A stretch of 64,000 nucleotides of DNA from a virus. Taxonomy: Duplodnaviria; Caudoviricetes. The stretch is from IMG/VR virus record IMGVR_UViG_3300029305_004897, positions 4,046 to 68,045 of that record; one strand, 5' to 3'. Under the pieces are notes generated by a model that ran no database searches, was not told where the DNA came from, and was given only the letters and a program-made list of their open reading frames with translations. A program made the translations under genes and the position numbers. Positions 1 to 10,548 of the stretch are shown piece after piece. Each line of letters begins with the position of its first letter. The first letter of the stretch is position 1.

Positions 1-76
1 TCCTTTTATAGCGAAGTCTACTATCTATGCGTACAATCAGGGGTATGCACATATATGTCTGGATTGTGTAGCGGAG

Positions 77-970
77 ATGACGACAGAGCTTGAGTCGAAA
101 TATCATGATCAGAAAACGGCATATATTGTGATGTGTCATTATCTGGATGTGTATTTTGATGAAGTCAAATATGAAGAAATGAAGTTCAACAAGGACTTCT
201 CTTTCAAGAGTTATTTCTCAGCCCTGAACCGTGGTACCGGTACCAAAACATTTCTAGACAATCTGGAAGGTATGGTGCTGACCGGTGCGTTTACCAAATC
301 CGAGGCGGAACTGGAAGAAGCACAGGAAGCAAAATGGAGCTCCGGAGATAACCGAAACAAGAACTACGTGATTTCAACGGTTGGGTATGATCCGTTCCGG
401 GACACCAATTTGTCACAGTTTGACCAGCGGTATTTATACAATACTTGCGTGGACTATCTGACTGGGGATGTAGTAGAAGATCCTCACCGCATACAGTGCA
501 TTCTGGAACTGGTGAATTCTCTGCTGCAGCAGGATAAGATCAATCGGATGATCATGGAGGAACACGCTAAGGCCAGACCAGATCCGAAACGGCTGAAGGA
601 TTTGGTGGACATTAAGCGAGACTATTCCAATGTGGTATCCACCATCGCCAATGAGAACGGGATTTCCCTGAAGGGCTCCGGTAAGAGCCAGAAGGGTTCG
701 AATACACTGACCAAGATCATGAAGGATATGGCTGATAAAGACTACGAGGAATGTAAGGCAAATTTCCTTACTGCAAAGATGACGGATTCCTATCAAGAAA
801 TTGCTGCCATCAATCTTCGAGCGATTCAGGATGAACTGAATTTACAGTCTGATGAATATGCTTCTATGGTTTCTGAACAAGCTGTTATGATATCAGGATT
901 TCAGACGGAAATCGACAAGCTGAAGGAGGAAAACCGTCTTCTGCGGATCGAACTTGCAGGAGGTAAATGA
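77..970 (+). CDS. Putative terminase small subunit / packaging-associated protein
   Basis: 297 aa acidic, helical ORF with a C-terminal coiled coil; overlaps the terL start (ATGA). Assignment is positional. Confidence 0.5.
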   Translation: MTTELESKYHDQKTAYIVMCHYLDVYFDEVKYEEMKFNKDFSFKSYFSALNRGTGTKTFLDNLEGMVLTGAFTKSEAELEEAQEAKWSSGDNRNKNYVISTVGYDPFRDTNLSQFDQRYLYNTCVDYLTGDVVEDPHRIQCILELVNSLLQQDKINRMIMEEHAKARPDPKRLKDLVDIKRDYSNVVSTIANENGISLKGSGKSQKGSNTLTKIMKDMADKDYEECKANFLTAKMTDSYQEIAAINLRAIQDELNLQSDEYASMVSEQAVMISGFQTEIDKLKEENRLLRIELAGGK

Positions 971-2814
971 TGGGTGCTTATGTATTTGTTAAGCCTTCTG
1001 AAAAGGAGCTGTCCCAAAGGGAGATGGAGACGTTTGATCGATATTGTAAAATCATCCAGTGGGGCCGTGCGCATCCGATAGAGTTCGGTAGACGGTTTTG
1101 TGGATTTGATTATTATGATTACCAATCGTATCAGATCTATAACACATGGTACTCCATGTTTGCCCTTTGGCTTGTATGTCGAGACGGAGCGAAGACTTAT
1201 GATATGTCCATGTATATCATGCTTCGTTCTATGCTTTTCCCGTATCATGTATCTTATTTTCTTGGAAACACAGGGGAACAGGCAAAAGAAGTCTTTAAGA
1301 AGATGGAGAAAATTGCCAAGAAGGAGATTGCTTCCGCTAAAGGGCTTACAGATGTGTTTATCAATGAGCTGGATAAAAGTGGATCTACCAGTGACGGGTT
1401 TATTCACAATCCGGCCAGCTTCACAACCAGGTTATTTAACGGTTCGGAGATTAACACACTGAATTCAGACATTATCAATATTAAAGGGAAGCGAGCGAAT
1501 TTTGTTGGTTTCGACGAAGCAGGTTGGATGTCTGATGAACTTTTTTTACAGGCTGGGCACTTCACTGACCAAAGCGAAGAAGCTATTCTTGGCGAAGGCG
1601 TGAATCTTGAACTTGAACCGGCTTCGTTTCCCAGACAAATTTTGTATGCTTCTTCTGCTTCTGATACAGATAGTGAATTTTACAAGAAGTTTAAGGATAT
1701 CTCCCGCCGGATGATGATGGGCGACCGGCGGTACTGGGCGTGTAATTTTACCATCGATACGATTTTAACTGCAAAAAGGAACGGCGAACCATATGCTTCG
1801 CTGATCTCTAAAGATAAAGTGGATCATGCTATGCAGAATCCCGAAAAAGGGATGCGCGAACTTTATAATAAGTTTACATCTGATACCCATGAAGGGCAGA
1901 TCGTGACTCGGCGGAACCTGATGAATGTAACTCGTCCGAAGGTACCGGAACTGGCGTATGAGAAAGGCAAACAATACATTATTGCATGGGACTCTGCGCG
2001 GTTGAACGACAACTCTACCGTTGGGATTGCATCGGTTTACGAGGATCCGGAAACTGGCTGGAATATGGATATTGTCAACTGCGTGAACTTTGTCGATGTT
2101 AAGACGAAAAATAAAACTCCGATGCGTATGCCGGATCAGGTAGAAGCGTTTAAGACTCTGTTATTGGATTACAACGGCACAGAGTTTGGTGCGCTCGACT
2201 ATGAAAATATCAAAGCGGTCATTTGTGACTCCGGGGCCGGGGGACAGATGATTGGTGGTATCAGTGACTATCTGCTGCAGGACTGGGAAGATAAAAAAGG
2301 CCACAAGCATCGTGGGATTATTGATCCGGATCACAAAGCAAATGAGACAGCAGTTCTGGAATTCCCGGATGCGGTTGAAATTATGAATCTGGTGGATCCG
2401 AAGAAATACCGGAACGAGATCTTTGATGCAGCTGAAAAGATGACAAAACTTGGCGTTGTGCATTTTCCGGCGGAATACGAAGGAAAAGACTTCTTTACAT
2501 TGATTGATGATAATGATGGTAAGGAAGAAACCGTCCAGCTGTCATTTGATGAACAGAACGCTATGGTACAGATTTCCCGAATGAAGGACGAGCTTGTGTT
2601 GATGTGCAAGTATTCCAACGGCGGGAATGTGACATACAATTTTCCTCCGGACAAGCGAAATAAAGAGCATGATGACCGGGCGTTTACCTATTCTTTGCTC
2701 TGCTGGTACCTGGCGAAACTTCGTCGGAATGATCAGCGCAGTAATCAGTCGGTAGATGAAAACGATGTGGCTTCCATGATACTGACGCGGAAGCCCTCAT
2801 ATCTTAAAAAATAA
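967..2814 (+). CDS. terL: Terminase large subunit
   Basis: 615 aa; Walker A-like CRDGAKT, Walker B VGFDEAG, nuclease acidic motifs AWDSARLND and HDDRAF; immediately upstream of the portal. Confidence 0.9.
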   Translation: MMGAYVFVKPSEKELSQREMETFDRYCKIIQWGRAHPIEFGRRFCGFDYYDYQSYQIYNTWYSMFALWLVCRDGAKTYDMSMYIMLRSMLFPYHVSYFLGNTGEQAKEVFKKMEKIAKKEIASAKGLTDVFINELDKSGSTSDGFIHNPASFTTRLFNGSEINTLNSDIINIKGKRANFVGFDEAGWMSDELFLQAGHFTDQSEEAILGEGVNLELEPASFPRQILYASSASDTDSEFYKKFKDISRRMMMGDRRYWACNFTIDTILTAKRNGEPYASLISKDKVDHAMQNPEKGMRELYNKFTSDTHEGQIVTRRNLMNVTRPKVPELAYEKGKQYIIAWDSARLNDNSTVGIASVYEDPETGWNMDIVNCVNFVDVKTKNKTPMRMPDQVEAFKTLLLDYNGTEFGALDYENIKAVICDSGAGGQMIGGISDYLLQDWEDKKGHKHRGIIDPDHKANETAVLEFPDAVEIMNLVDPKKYRNEIFDAAEKMTKLGVVHFPAEYEGKDFFTLIDDNDGKEETVQLSFDEQNAMVQISRMKDELVLMCKYSNGGNVTYNFPPDKRNKEHDDRAFTYSLLCWYLAKLRRNDQRSNQSVDENDVASMILTRKPSYLKK

Positions 2815-2834
2815 CAGGAAAGGAGTAGAGCCCG

Positions 2835-4385
2835 ATGGCAAATTTGATTCCCTACAGCGAGGAATACATCGAATCGCTGCAGGAAGCAGAAGAATTTGAC
2901 ATGGATGCGGTACAGGCATTTACGGAAGCGTACCATAATACACTGCGGTTTGCGAAGAATGCCCGTAATACGATCCGTGATGCGAATTCTAATGTAAACA
3001 AGACCATGTCTCTGAGCCGGTATACGAAATCCAGCGTGAATACGTATCTGGAAAATCCGGAGACGAATGAAAAACAGCTCCGGGATCTTTCCCGGTACCT
3101 GTACAATACAAGTTCTCAGTACAGACGTCTTCTGCAGTATTTTTCGCAGATGCTTGTCTGGTCGTACATCATGTATCCGATGAATGTGGATGTGATGACG
3201 GCAGATCCTGAGGCGATCCGAAAGGCATATCTGAAAGCTTTGAAATCCATGAGCGTGATCAATGCGCCCCATGAATTTGGCAAGGCCATGGAAATTTCCA
3301 TCAAGGAAGGTGTCTTTTATGGTTTTGTGAATGAGACCAAAGACAGTTTTCAATTTTTGCAGCTTGACCCGGATTATTGCCGGATCAATGCGGTGGAAGA
3401 CGGTTGCTATACGTACCAGTTTGACCTGAGCTATTTTGATATGTATGCGGATGAACTGGAACTGTACCCTACAGATTTTCAGTCGGCATACAATTCATAT
3501 AAGGCGGGTTCTGATACGGTGCTTCGTTGGCATGAATTTGACGCCAAGAAGACGGCTTGTTTCAAAGCGGATGAAAGTGTAAACTTCCCTATTCCGCCCT
3601 TCGTGTCTCTTTTCTCTCCTCTGGCTGATATCGAGGATTACAAGAGCATTTCCAAGGATGCTTCTGAATCCAGCAACTACAAGGTTGTTTATCTCAAGAT
3701 GCCGGTGGATGAAAAGGGACATCTGAAGGTGCCGAAGCCGCTGTGTATGCAGGCTTACAATGCTTTGCTGTCAATCCTGCCGGATGGTGTAGGGGCGTTC
3801 CTGACACCTTTGGATGTAGATTTTGTTAACTTCAAGCAGAACACGGTGCTTCAGGACACGACACTGGTTGTGGAAGCAGAGAATACATATTGGCGGGCTG
3901 CCGGTGTAAATGCGTTGATGTTTGGAGCAGGAGACGATCCTTCTTCTTATGCACTGGAAACCAGTATTCACTCTGATGAGTCTGTGTGTTTCCGATTCTT
4001 GCGGCAGGTTGAACGGTGGTGTAACCGTCGGCTGAAACAGATTTCTGGAACGCAGAAATTTGCTGTACAGTTCCTGGATGTGACCCGGTACAACTACAAA
4101 CAGATGAATGAGTTGTATATGAAAATGGGTCAATACGGACGGCCGGTACGTCAGGCAATTGACGCTACACTGTCGTTTACTCCCGATATGACTGCCGGGC
4201 TTTCGTTCCTTGAAAATACGGTACTTGCTATGTACAACAATGAAGTACCTATGCAGAGCTCCAACACGATGAGCAGTGATGACGAAGGCGGCAGACCTAC
4301 CAACGATTCCAAGGGTGAGGGATTGTCTGAGGCTGGAGAACAGACTGCGGATTCCGGTGGAAATCAGAACCGGGTGACGGAATAA
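2835..4385 (+). CDS. Portal protein
   Basis: 516 aa directly after terL with an acidic low-complexity C-terminal tail (GGRPTNDSKGEGLSEAGEQT) typical of SPbeta-like portals. Confidence 0.8.
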   Translation: MANLIPYSEEYIESLQEAEEFDMDAVQAFTEAYHNTLRFAKNARNTIRDANSNVNKTMSLSRYTKSSVNTYLENPETNEKQLRDLSRYLYNTSSQYRRLLQYFSQMLVWSYIMYPMNVDVMTADPEAIRKAYLKALKSMSVINAPHEFGKAMEISIKEGVFYGFVNETKDSFQFLQLDPDYCRINAVEDGCYTYQFDLSYFDMYADELELYPTDFQSAYNSYKAGSDTVLRWHEFDAKKTACFKADESVNFPIPPFVSLFSPLADIEDYKSISKDASESSNYKVVYLKMPVDEKGHLKVPKPLCMQAYNALLSILPDGVGAFLTPLDVDFVNFKQNTVLQDTTLVVEAENTYWRAAGVNALMFGAGDDPSSYALETSIHSDESVCFRFLRQVERWCNRRLKQISGTQKFAVQFLDVTRYNYKQMNELYMKMGQYGRPVRQAIDATLSFTPDMTAGLSFLENTVLAMYNNEVPMQSSNTMSSDDEGGRPTNDSKGEGLSEAGEQTADSGGNQNRVTE

Positions 4386-4400
4386 AAAGGAGACTGAACT

Positions 4401-4586
4401 ATGAAGTTTATCTATGTAAAAGATGAAAAGGTAGAAAAGCAGCTTCGTGCGCAGGGTGTTCCTTTTATTTGTAAATCCGGGCAGTTCTGGGTCTTTGAGA
4501 ATAATGGAAATATCCAACTGAATTTTGAGCACGAAAAGGGCTCTTTTTTCTTTTCGGACAAATTGACATTCAGTGGGGTATTTTGA
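4401..4586 (+). CDS. Small hypothetical protein
   Basis: 61 aa ORF with AAGGAG RBS between portal and protease. Confidence 0.55.
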   Translation: MKFIYVKDEKVEKQLRAQGVPFICKSGQFWVFENNGNIQLNFEHEKGSFFFSDKLTFSGVF

Positions 4587-4587
4587 T

Positions 4588-6204
4588 ATGGAAAGAAAAT
4601 TTATGAGCATTCCCGTGGAGTACACACTGGCGGATATTGTTGACATTAACGATGATCTGGCCGGCGGCAGTCTGCGGGTTGCGTATACAGGTGATAATCG
4701 GAATGGGTCAGTTATTGAGCAGATTGCTTTTGAAAAAGCGATCCCTACGCTGGCATACAAGCCGGTTGTTGCACATCTGATTGATGAGAAAAATGATTTT
4801 GGCGGGCATGATGGTGAAGTAGAAGAAACGGAAGACGGAGATGTTCGGTATGTGAATATTACGGAACCGGTCGGCGTTGTTCCTGAGCGGACACCATGGA
4901 AGTTTGAAGTGGTGGAAGAAGAAAGTGGAATTCATAATTATTTTACGATCAATGTGATTCTTTGGAAACGCCAGAAATCATTTGATATCATACAAAAGAA
5001 GAAGTTTACCAAACACAGCATGGAAATTGAAGTTCTGGATGGGTATTCAGACAATGAAGGGTATCACATCAATGATTTTAAGTTCCTTGCTTTTTGTTTG
5101 TTGGGGGACGATGTGGAGCCGTGTTTTGAAGGCTCCCGGCTGGAGCTGTTTACTGTGGACAAGTTCAAGGAAGAACTGGAATCGTTCATTGCTGCACTCC
5201 AGAATTACAGTGAAACTCAGCTGCCCTTGGCAGTAGAGTCTTCTGCCGGTAACGGTGGAAATACAGAAAATCAAAGAAAGGAGGACTCGGGAGCATTGAA
5301 CAGAATTGAGGAATTTACCAAAATCGGTTTTGATCCCGAAACTCTGGGACTTGATCTCGATGCGATGTCCGACGAGGATGTAACTGCCAAGGTATTTGAG
5401 CTGACCAGCAATCTGATGGAGCAGATTCGCGAATGCATGGCGGAACAGACCTTCGACACGGAATGGGGCAAGATCCAGAGATACTGGATGGTGGACACCA
5501 ATCTTGAAACCAAGGAACTGTATTGTTATGACGAACAGGATGGAAAGCTGTATGGCTTCTCCTATTCTATGTCCGGCGATGCTGTAACAGTTGATTGGGA
5601 ATCCAAGAAGCGGATGAAGTTTACCATTGTTGAATTTGTAGACGGCGAAGAAGCACATCAGGCCACCTTTGCTGCGGAAGTGATTGCGGCAAGAGACGCT
5701 GCGATGACTGCGAAGTATAGTGAGCTGAATGATAAGCTGACTGCTGCCAATGAAACCAAGACAGAACTGGAAAATCAGCTGGCCGCTGCCAACAATGAAA
5801 AGGCAACTATTTTTGCTGAAAAGGTTGCCGCACAGGAACAGATCGATGCTCTGAACGGAAACATTGCCGCTCTGCAGGAAACCGTTTCTGCGCTGGAATC
5901 TTTCAAGGCCGGTATTGAAGCCGAAGAGGTTATTGCCGCCAAGAATGAGCTGTTTGCCAAGTGGGAGAATCTGCTGGGCACCTCTGACGGCTACGTGGCT
6001 TTGAAATCTGAAATGGATCAGTATGAACTTGCTGATCTGGAAACCAAGCTGAAGTGTCTGTTTGCAGACACTAAGGCAAATTTTGAGTACAAGCCTTCTG
6101 CAAAGCCTTCGGCAAGACTGCCTGTAGGTACTGCAAAGGACAACGCTGACGCCGGTGATTATGGCGGACTGTATGAAAAGTATGGCATTAAGCCTGTAAA
6201 GTAA
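4588..6204 (+). CDS. Prohead protease/scaffold fusion
   Basis: N-terminal protease-like region (AYTGDNRNGS, HSMEI, FCLLGDDVEPCF) followed by an acidic coiled-coil scaffold; start moved to ATG 4588. Confidence 0.7.
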   Translation: MERKFMSIPVEYTLADIVDINDDLAGGSLRVAYTGDNRNGSVIEQIAFEKAIPTLAYKPVVAHLIDEKNDFGGHDGEVEETEDGDVRYVNITEPVGVVPERTPWKFEVVEEESGIHNYFTINVILWKRQKSFDIIQKKKFTKHSMEIEVLDGYSDNEGYHINDFKFLAFCLLGDDVEPCFEGSRLELFTVDKFKEELESFIAALQNYSETQLPLAVESSAGNGGNTENQRKEDSGALNRIEEFTKIGFDPETLGLDLDAMSDEDVTAKVFELTSNLMEQIRECMAEQTFDTEWGKIQRYWMVDTNLETKELYCYDEQDGKLYGFSYSMSGDAVTVDWESKKRMKFTIVEFVDGEEAHQATFAAEVIAARDAAMTAKYSELNDKLTAANETKTELENQLAAANNEKATIFAEKVAAQEQIDALNGNIAALQETVSALESFKAGIEAEEVIAAKNELFAKWENLLGTSDGYVALKSEMDQYELADLETKLKCLFADTKANFEYKPSAKPSARLPVGTAKDNADAGDYGGLYEKYGIKPVK

Positions 6205-6226
6205 AAAAATAAGGAGGATTTATATC

Positions 6227-6736
6227 ATGGCATATGCAATTGTAAGAACCGATCTGCTGACCGGTACTGATGATCGGGCCCATCTGACCCATTTTAAGTA
6301 TATGAAGGACGGCGAACTGGCCGCTATTGAACAGGGTAACTTTGTAACTCTGAAGAAGCTGTATGAAGAAGACGGTGTGATTCCCGATCGCGAAGTATGG
6401 GAAGCCGGTGATATGACTGCTGACACTGCTCTGCATGATCTGGTGCTGGTAGCATCCGTAGAACTGAATGATGACGATAGTGATATCGATCTGGGTACCT
6501 ATATTAATGTAGCTGGTCACATCTGCAGAGGTTATTTCCTGCACAACAGAAACTTCTTCTCTGTTACCAAGGAAGCTCTGACTGGTGCTGAACCCGCTCA
6601 GGGTATGATCGTAGAAGCCGCTGAAGGTACCAAGCTGAATGTTGTAGCATCTGAAACCGGTGCTACCAAGGTTGGTACTATCGTAGCCGTTGAAGTAGTT
6701 GGTAAGGATACTTACTACGTAATCAATGTTGCGTAA
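6227..6736 (+). CDS. Head decoration/cement protein
   Basis: 169 aa beta-rich protein between scaffold and capsid; strong RBS and highly biased codons. Confidence 0.55.
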   Translation: MAYAIVRTDLLTGTDDRAHLTHFKYMKDGELAAIEQGNFVTLKKLYEEDGVIPDREVWEAGDMTADTALHDLVLVASVELNDDDSDIDLGTYINVAGHICRGYFLHNRNFFSVTKEALTGAEPAQGMIVEAAEGTKLNVVASETGATKVGTIVAVEVVGKDTYYVINVA

Positions 6737-6767
6737 TTTGAACGCTTGAAGAAAGGAGAAAATACAT

Positions 6768-7763
6768 ATGGAAAACTTCGTAGAATTGGCCCTCGACGCT
6801 TATAGAGGTCGTGGCAAGCAGATGAACTATTCTGCATCTGATACCAACAAGATCCTGCTGGAAGAAGCTATCGCTCTGAACGGCGGTAAGAATTATCTGG
6901 ATCTGGCCAGCGCTCGTGACGGCCGCTGCAATGGTCTGTTCACTAAGATGGAAGAAATTATCACTATCGCCCGCGAAGAAGGCTTCAAGGGTACTGAATT
7001 CTTCTATAACCTGATCGATTATCGTAATGTTGCCAAGGGTGACAACATCGACTTCGTAATCAAGGAATCTGACTTCTATATGGTGTCTGCTGTTTCCGAT
7101 GGTAACCAGGGGCTCCGTCGTCAGAGACTGAATGGTACCCGTAAGGTTACCCCCAGCTTCACTACCTATGGTATTCGTGTATATGATGAACTGGATAGAT
7201 TCCTGGCTGGTCGTGTTACTATGTCTGAACTGATTTCTGACGTTGTAGCTTCCCAGAACAAGAGAAGAATGGAATCTTGCTTCCAGCTGTTTAACTCTAT
7301 CGATTCCGATAACGATGCTCTGATCGTTTCCGGTACTTATGATGAAGGCAAGCTGATTGATATGATCGCTGACCTGGAACTGGAAACTGGCGTTTCTGCT
7401 GTGATTACCGGTACCAAGAAGGCTCTGTCCAAGATCACTCTGGATCCTATCGCTTCTGCTTCTGATGCTGCTCGTAATGATATGTATAATGGCATCCACT
7501 TTGGTTCTTTCCACGGTACTCCTGTAGTTGGTTATAACAACGTATACATGGCCGGCACCAAGACCAAGGCAATGGATGATAATGCAATCTACGTATATGC
7601 AGGCGCTCCCAAGCCGATTAAGTTCATCACCAGAGGTACTACTATCATTGATATGAGAACCGATACCTCCAATGCTGATATGACTCAGGAATACAGTGCA
7701 TATGAATCCTATGGCGCTATTCTGCTGTCTGCAAAGGGCTTTGGTAAGTACGTACTTGCGTAA
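6768..7763 (+). CDS. Major capsid protein
   Basis: 331 aa, strongly biased codons, position after scaffold and decoration genes. Confidence 0.8.
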   Translation: MENFVELALDAYRGRGKQMNYSASDTNKILLEEAIALNGGKNYLDLASARDGRCNGLFTKMEEIITIAREEGFKGTEFFYNLIDYRNVAKGDNIDFVIKESDFYMVSAVSDGNQGLRRQRLNGTRKVTPSFTTYGIRVYDELDRFLAGRVTMSELISDVVASQNKRRMESCFQLFNSIDSDNDALIVSGTYDEGKLIDMIADLELETGVSAVITGTKKALSKITLDPIASASDAARNDMYNGIHFGSFHGTPVVGYNNVYMAGTKTKAMDDNAIYVYAGAPKPIKFITRGTTIIDMRTDTSNADMTQEYSAYESYGAILLSAKGFGKYVLA

Positions 7764-7801
7764 TCTGAGATAATAAAAAAGGAATGAAAGGATATTGCAC
7801 C

Positions 7802-8416
7802 ATGAATAACGAAATGGAAACTATGGTTACTGAACCGTCTGAAACATCTGAAACAATTGAAGTCAAGAAGCCTGCCCGTGGAAAGAAGGCGGCTGCAACG
7901 ACCGTTGCTGCCGAAGGAATAGCTTCCGCAGCAGCCGAGACTAAGCCGGAGAAGAAGCCAAAAACCAGGAAACAGTATGATCTCCATGAATTGGCAGATG
8001 TACGTAATATGACACCCGGCAAACTCATTTATAAGAGTGCAAGAAATGCGGGTTATCTGGTGGAATGGGATTCTTATGGCGACGAACAGTCTATTGAAAT
8101 TTCGGAGCTGAAGAATATGTTGGCATCCCAGCGGATTTTCTTTGAGCGTAACTGGATCTGGATTGACGATCCGGAACTTCTGGAATTTCTTGGTGCTGCT
8201 CGATACTATCGGAATATGCTCTCTCCCGACGAGGTAGATGATCTTTTCTCTTTGGACGCAGAATCCATGATTGCAAAGATCAAGACTCTGACCAGAGACA
8301 TGCAGAACACCGTGCGTGTCTTGGCCGGACATAAGGTTCGCGGGCAGGAGATCGAAGCCTATTCTGTTGTGCAGGCTCTTGAAAAGTATTTTGGCGTAGA
8401 TTTCAGCGAAGAATAA
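7802..8416 (+). CDS. Conserved head-associated hypothetical protein
   Basis: Lys/Ala/Glu-rich N-terminus then a globular domain; start moved to ATG 7802 after the GAAAGGA RBS. Confidence 0.5.
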   Translation: MNNEMETMVTEPSETSETIEVKKPARGKKAAATTVAAEGIASAAAETKPEKKPKTRKQYDLHELADVRNMTPGKLIYKSARNAGYLVEWDSYGDEQSIEISELKNMLASQRIFFERNWIWIDDPELLEFLGAARYYRNMLSPDEVDDLFSLDAESMIAKIKTLTRDMQNTVRVLAGHKVRGQEIEAYSVVQALEKYFGVDFSEE

Positions 8417-8428
8417 TGGAGGTGTCCC

Positions 8429-8845
8429 ATGGAATCTATGGAATGCACCTACATATTTGATAAATTTAGAAATAAGGTAAGTGACTACGACTTGCTGGAT
8501 ATGTGTCCGTCTTACGAAGAAGCAATTCTTTATGATTATCTGTTGGGTGCTGCGGGAGATTTTATGGAATGGACGGGAATGGAATTCACGTTCGACAAAC
8601 GGGTTCGTACAATCTCCCCTGCCCCATCGGAAAGACAGGCGGATATTCTGGCTCTTGGGATGTTATATTATTGGACATCTCATATTCTGCATAATACCGA
8701 TAAAATGCGGAATGTAATGAATACCAGAGATTTTCAGCAGTTTTCCCCGGAAAAGATACTCGGTCGTCTTGCGGAAATTCGAGACAGTTCTTATTCGGAT
8801 TTCAAGGCTCGTGTGATTGATCATTCCTTTATTGTGGGAGATTAA
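8429..8845 (+). CDS. Putative head-tail adaptor
   Basis: 138 aa helical ORF at the usual adaptor position; GGAGGT RBS. Confidence 0.5.
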   Translation: MESMECTYIFDKFRNKVSDYDLLDMCPSYEEAILYDYLLGAAGDFMEWTGMEFTFDKRVRTISPAPSERQADILALGMLYYWTSHILHNTDKMRNVMNTRDFQQFSPEKILGRLAEIRDSSYSDFKARVIDHSFIVGD

Positions 8846-8847
8846 CC

Positions 8848-9144
8848 ATGAATCTTGAAAATTATTTGCATTCACTTACCCCAAAGATTTTTAAGGTGCT
8901 GCCTATGTATGAAGAAACAGACCCCGGTCTTCCCGTATATCTGGAAAGACTGCTGGCAGAACTTCGAGGCAGCACTTTTACTTTTCCTGATCTGTCCGAT
9001 AATGTTCAATATATCACCATTATGAACAACTTAAACTATCTGCTGCATTATGAATACACCAAAGAAGAGTGCAGACGATTGGTCTTTGATTCTATTTCTC
9101 ATCTTGGAAAAATAACCGGGTCGGGAGGTGTTGTTGATGGCTGA
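8848..9144 (+). CDS. Hypothetical neck-region protein
   Basis: 98 aa ORF tightly coupled to its neighbours. Confidence 0.5.
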   Translation: MNLENYLHSLTPKIFKVLPMYEETDPGLPVYLERLLAELRGSTFTFPDLSDNVQYITIMNNLNYLLHYEYTKEECRRLVFDSISHLGKITGSGGVVDG

Positions 9145-10042
9145 CAGAGAGGTTTATAAAGCTCGTCTTCAACATAATGGTGTAACCAGACGCGACAGAG
9201 AGTTATCATGGTTGCGTCGTCGTATTTCTGATGGAGTGGGGGATCTTCTCGCATCTCACGAAGTTGAGTTTCAGGGGGAGAAAATTTTGATTACATCAGA
9301 AATAACTGAATTTGATTCTGTCAAGAAATTTACTTGTTCTCCGGAATATGGTGTCGGATATGGAGATTATTTCATTTGGAATAACATTCACTGGCTTGTT
9401 ACATCGCGAGATTATGATGATGAAGTCTATGTTCGGGGGAAAATCACTCAGTGCAATTATTATCTGACTTGGCAAAACGAAACCGGCGAGATTGTTGGCC
9501 GTTGGGCAGTAATCTCTCAGGTTACCAGATATAATAACGGTGTGTTCGAAGGCAAAGTCGTAGATAATATTGAGTCAACGCTTTCTGTTCAGATTCCGTG
9601 TGATCCTGAAACGATGAAGCTGAAGCGTGAAAAACGGTTCCTTGCAGATATATATCTTCATGAACCATATGCGTATAAAATTACGCAGAGAGACGTTCTT
9701 TCAGGATATTACGGCGATTCCGGCTTGATTACATGGGCGGTTTCCCAGGATGTGTTCAATCCGGAAACTGATAATGTAGAGCTTATGATTGCCGATTATT
9801 GGAAGCCATCTGGGGCAAGAGAAATTTCTGGCCCCTTGGCGCTGCGTATAGGACAGGAAGGTAGATATTCTTCATCCGTCACATCTGATTGGGCAATTCT
9901 GGATGGTGACTTTTGTGCTCTTATAATCGATGGAGAAGATGCGATTCTTAAAGTTCCTATGGATAGGCGGTATGTCGGACATACTGTTCGGTTAACAGAT
10001 GGTACGCAGGAAATTTCTGTCGTTATCCAATCTGTATATTAA
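9137..10042 (+). CDS. Putative head closure/neck protein
   Basis: Beta-rich ORF; start moved to ATG 9137 after GGAGGT. Assignment is positional. Confidence 0.5.
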   Translation: MADREVYKARLQHNGVTRRDRELSWLRRRISDGVGDLLASHEVEFQGEKILITSEITEFDSVKKFTCSPEYGVGYGDYFIWNNIHWLVTSRDYDDEVYVRGKITQCNYYLTWQNETGEIVGRWAVISQVTRYNNGVFEGKVVDNIESTLSVQIPCDPETMKLKREKRFLADIYLHEPYAYKITQRDVLSGYYGDSGLITWAVSQDVFNPETDNVELMIADYWKPSGAREISGPLALRIGQEGRYSSSVTSDWAILDGDFCALIIDGEDAILKVPMDRRYVGHTVRLTDGTQEISVVIQSVY

Positions 10043-10056
10043 AGGAGGTGCCTATC

Positions 10057-10548
10057 ATGAATCGTTTTCAAAATACGGCTCTTGCCAAAGAAAGGTTCAT
10101 TCTGGAAATGCTCCAGGATGATGATCTTGTAAAATGTCTTCGTTGTCCCGGTGCAGATTTTTTGGAACAGTCTGTTGGTAATCCTGCAGATCTTTTGTAT
10201 CGCAATATTTATCCGACAAAATATGTTCCAGAAGTTCATGAAGATGCGAAGTCCTATATTTGTATGGGATTCAACTACACCCCTACAAAAACGGATGGAC
10301 GATATTATACATATTCCTTTGCATCATTTTATATGTTTTGCCACAAGTCCATTGTTCAGACGAATTATGGAATTACCCGTCCTGATTTTATGCTGACCAG
10401 AGTAGATGATTTTGTGCTTGGTGCCAGAGGTGAGGAATGGCTCGGGCGGATGGAATTCTACGACGGCGGTGATGAGATCTTGGATCAGAACGGGAATTAT
10501 GTCGGTGTATATGCTCGTTATAGGAGTGTGTTGTTGCATGACTATTGA
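10057..10548 (+). CDS. Putative tail terminator/neck protein
   Basis: AAGGAGGT RBS then ATG 10057; lies upstream of the tail tube. Confidence 0.45.
   Translation: MNRFQNTALAKERFILEMLQDDDLVKCLRCPGADFLEQSVGNPADLLYRNIYPTKYVPEVHEDAKSYICMGFNYTPTKTDGRYYTYSFASFYMFCHKSIVQTNYGITRPDFMLTRVDDFVLGARGEEWLGRMEFYDGGDEILDQNGNYVGVYARYRSVLLHDY

Noticed and set aside
967-2814. Intein or intron in the terminase
   Set aside because: Normal length, uninterrupted, and no intein terminal motifs seen.
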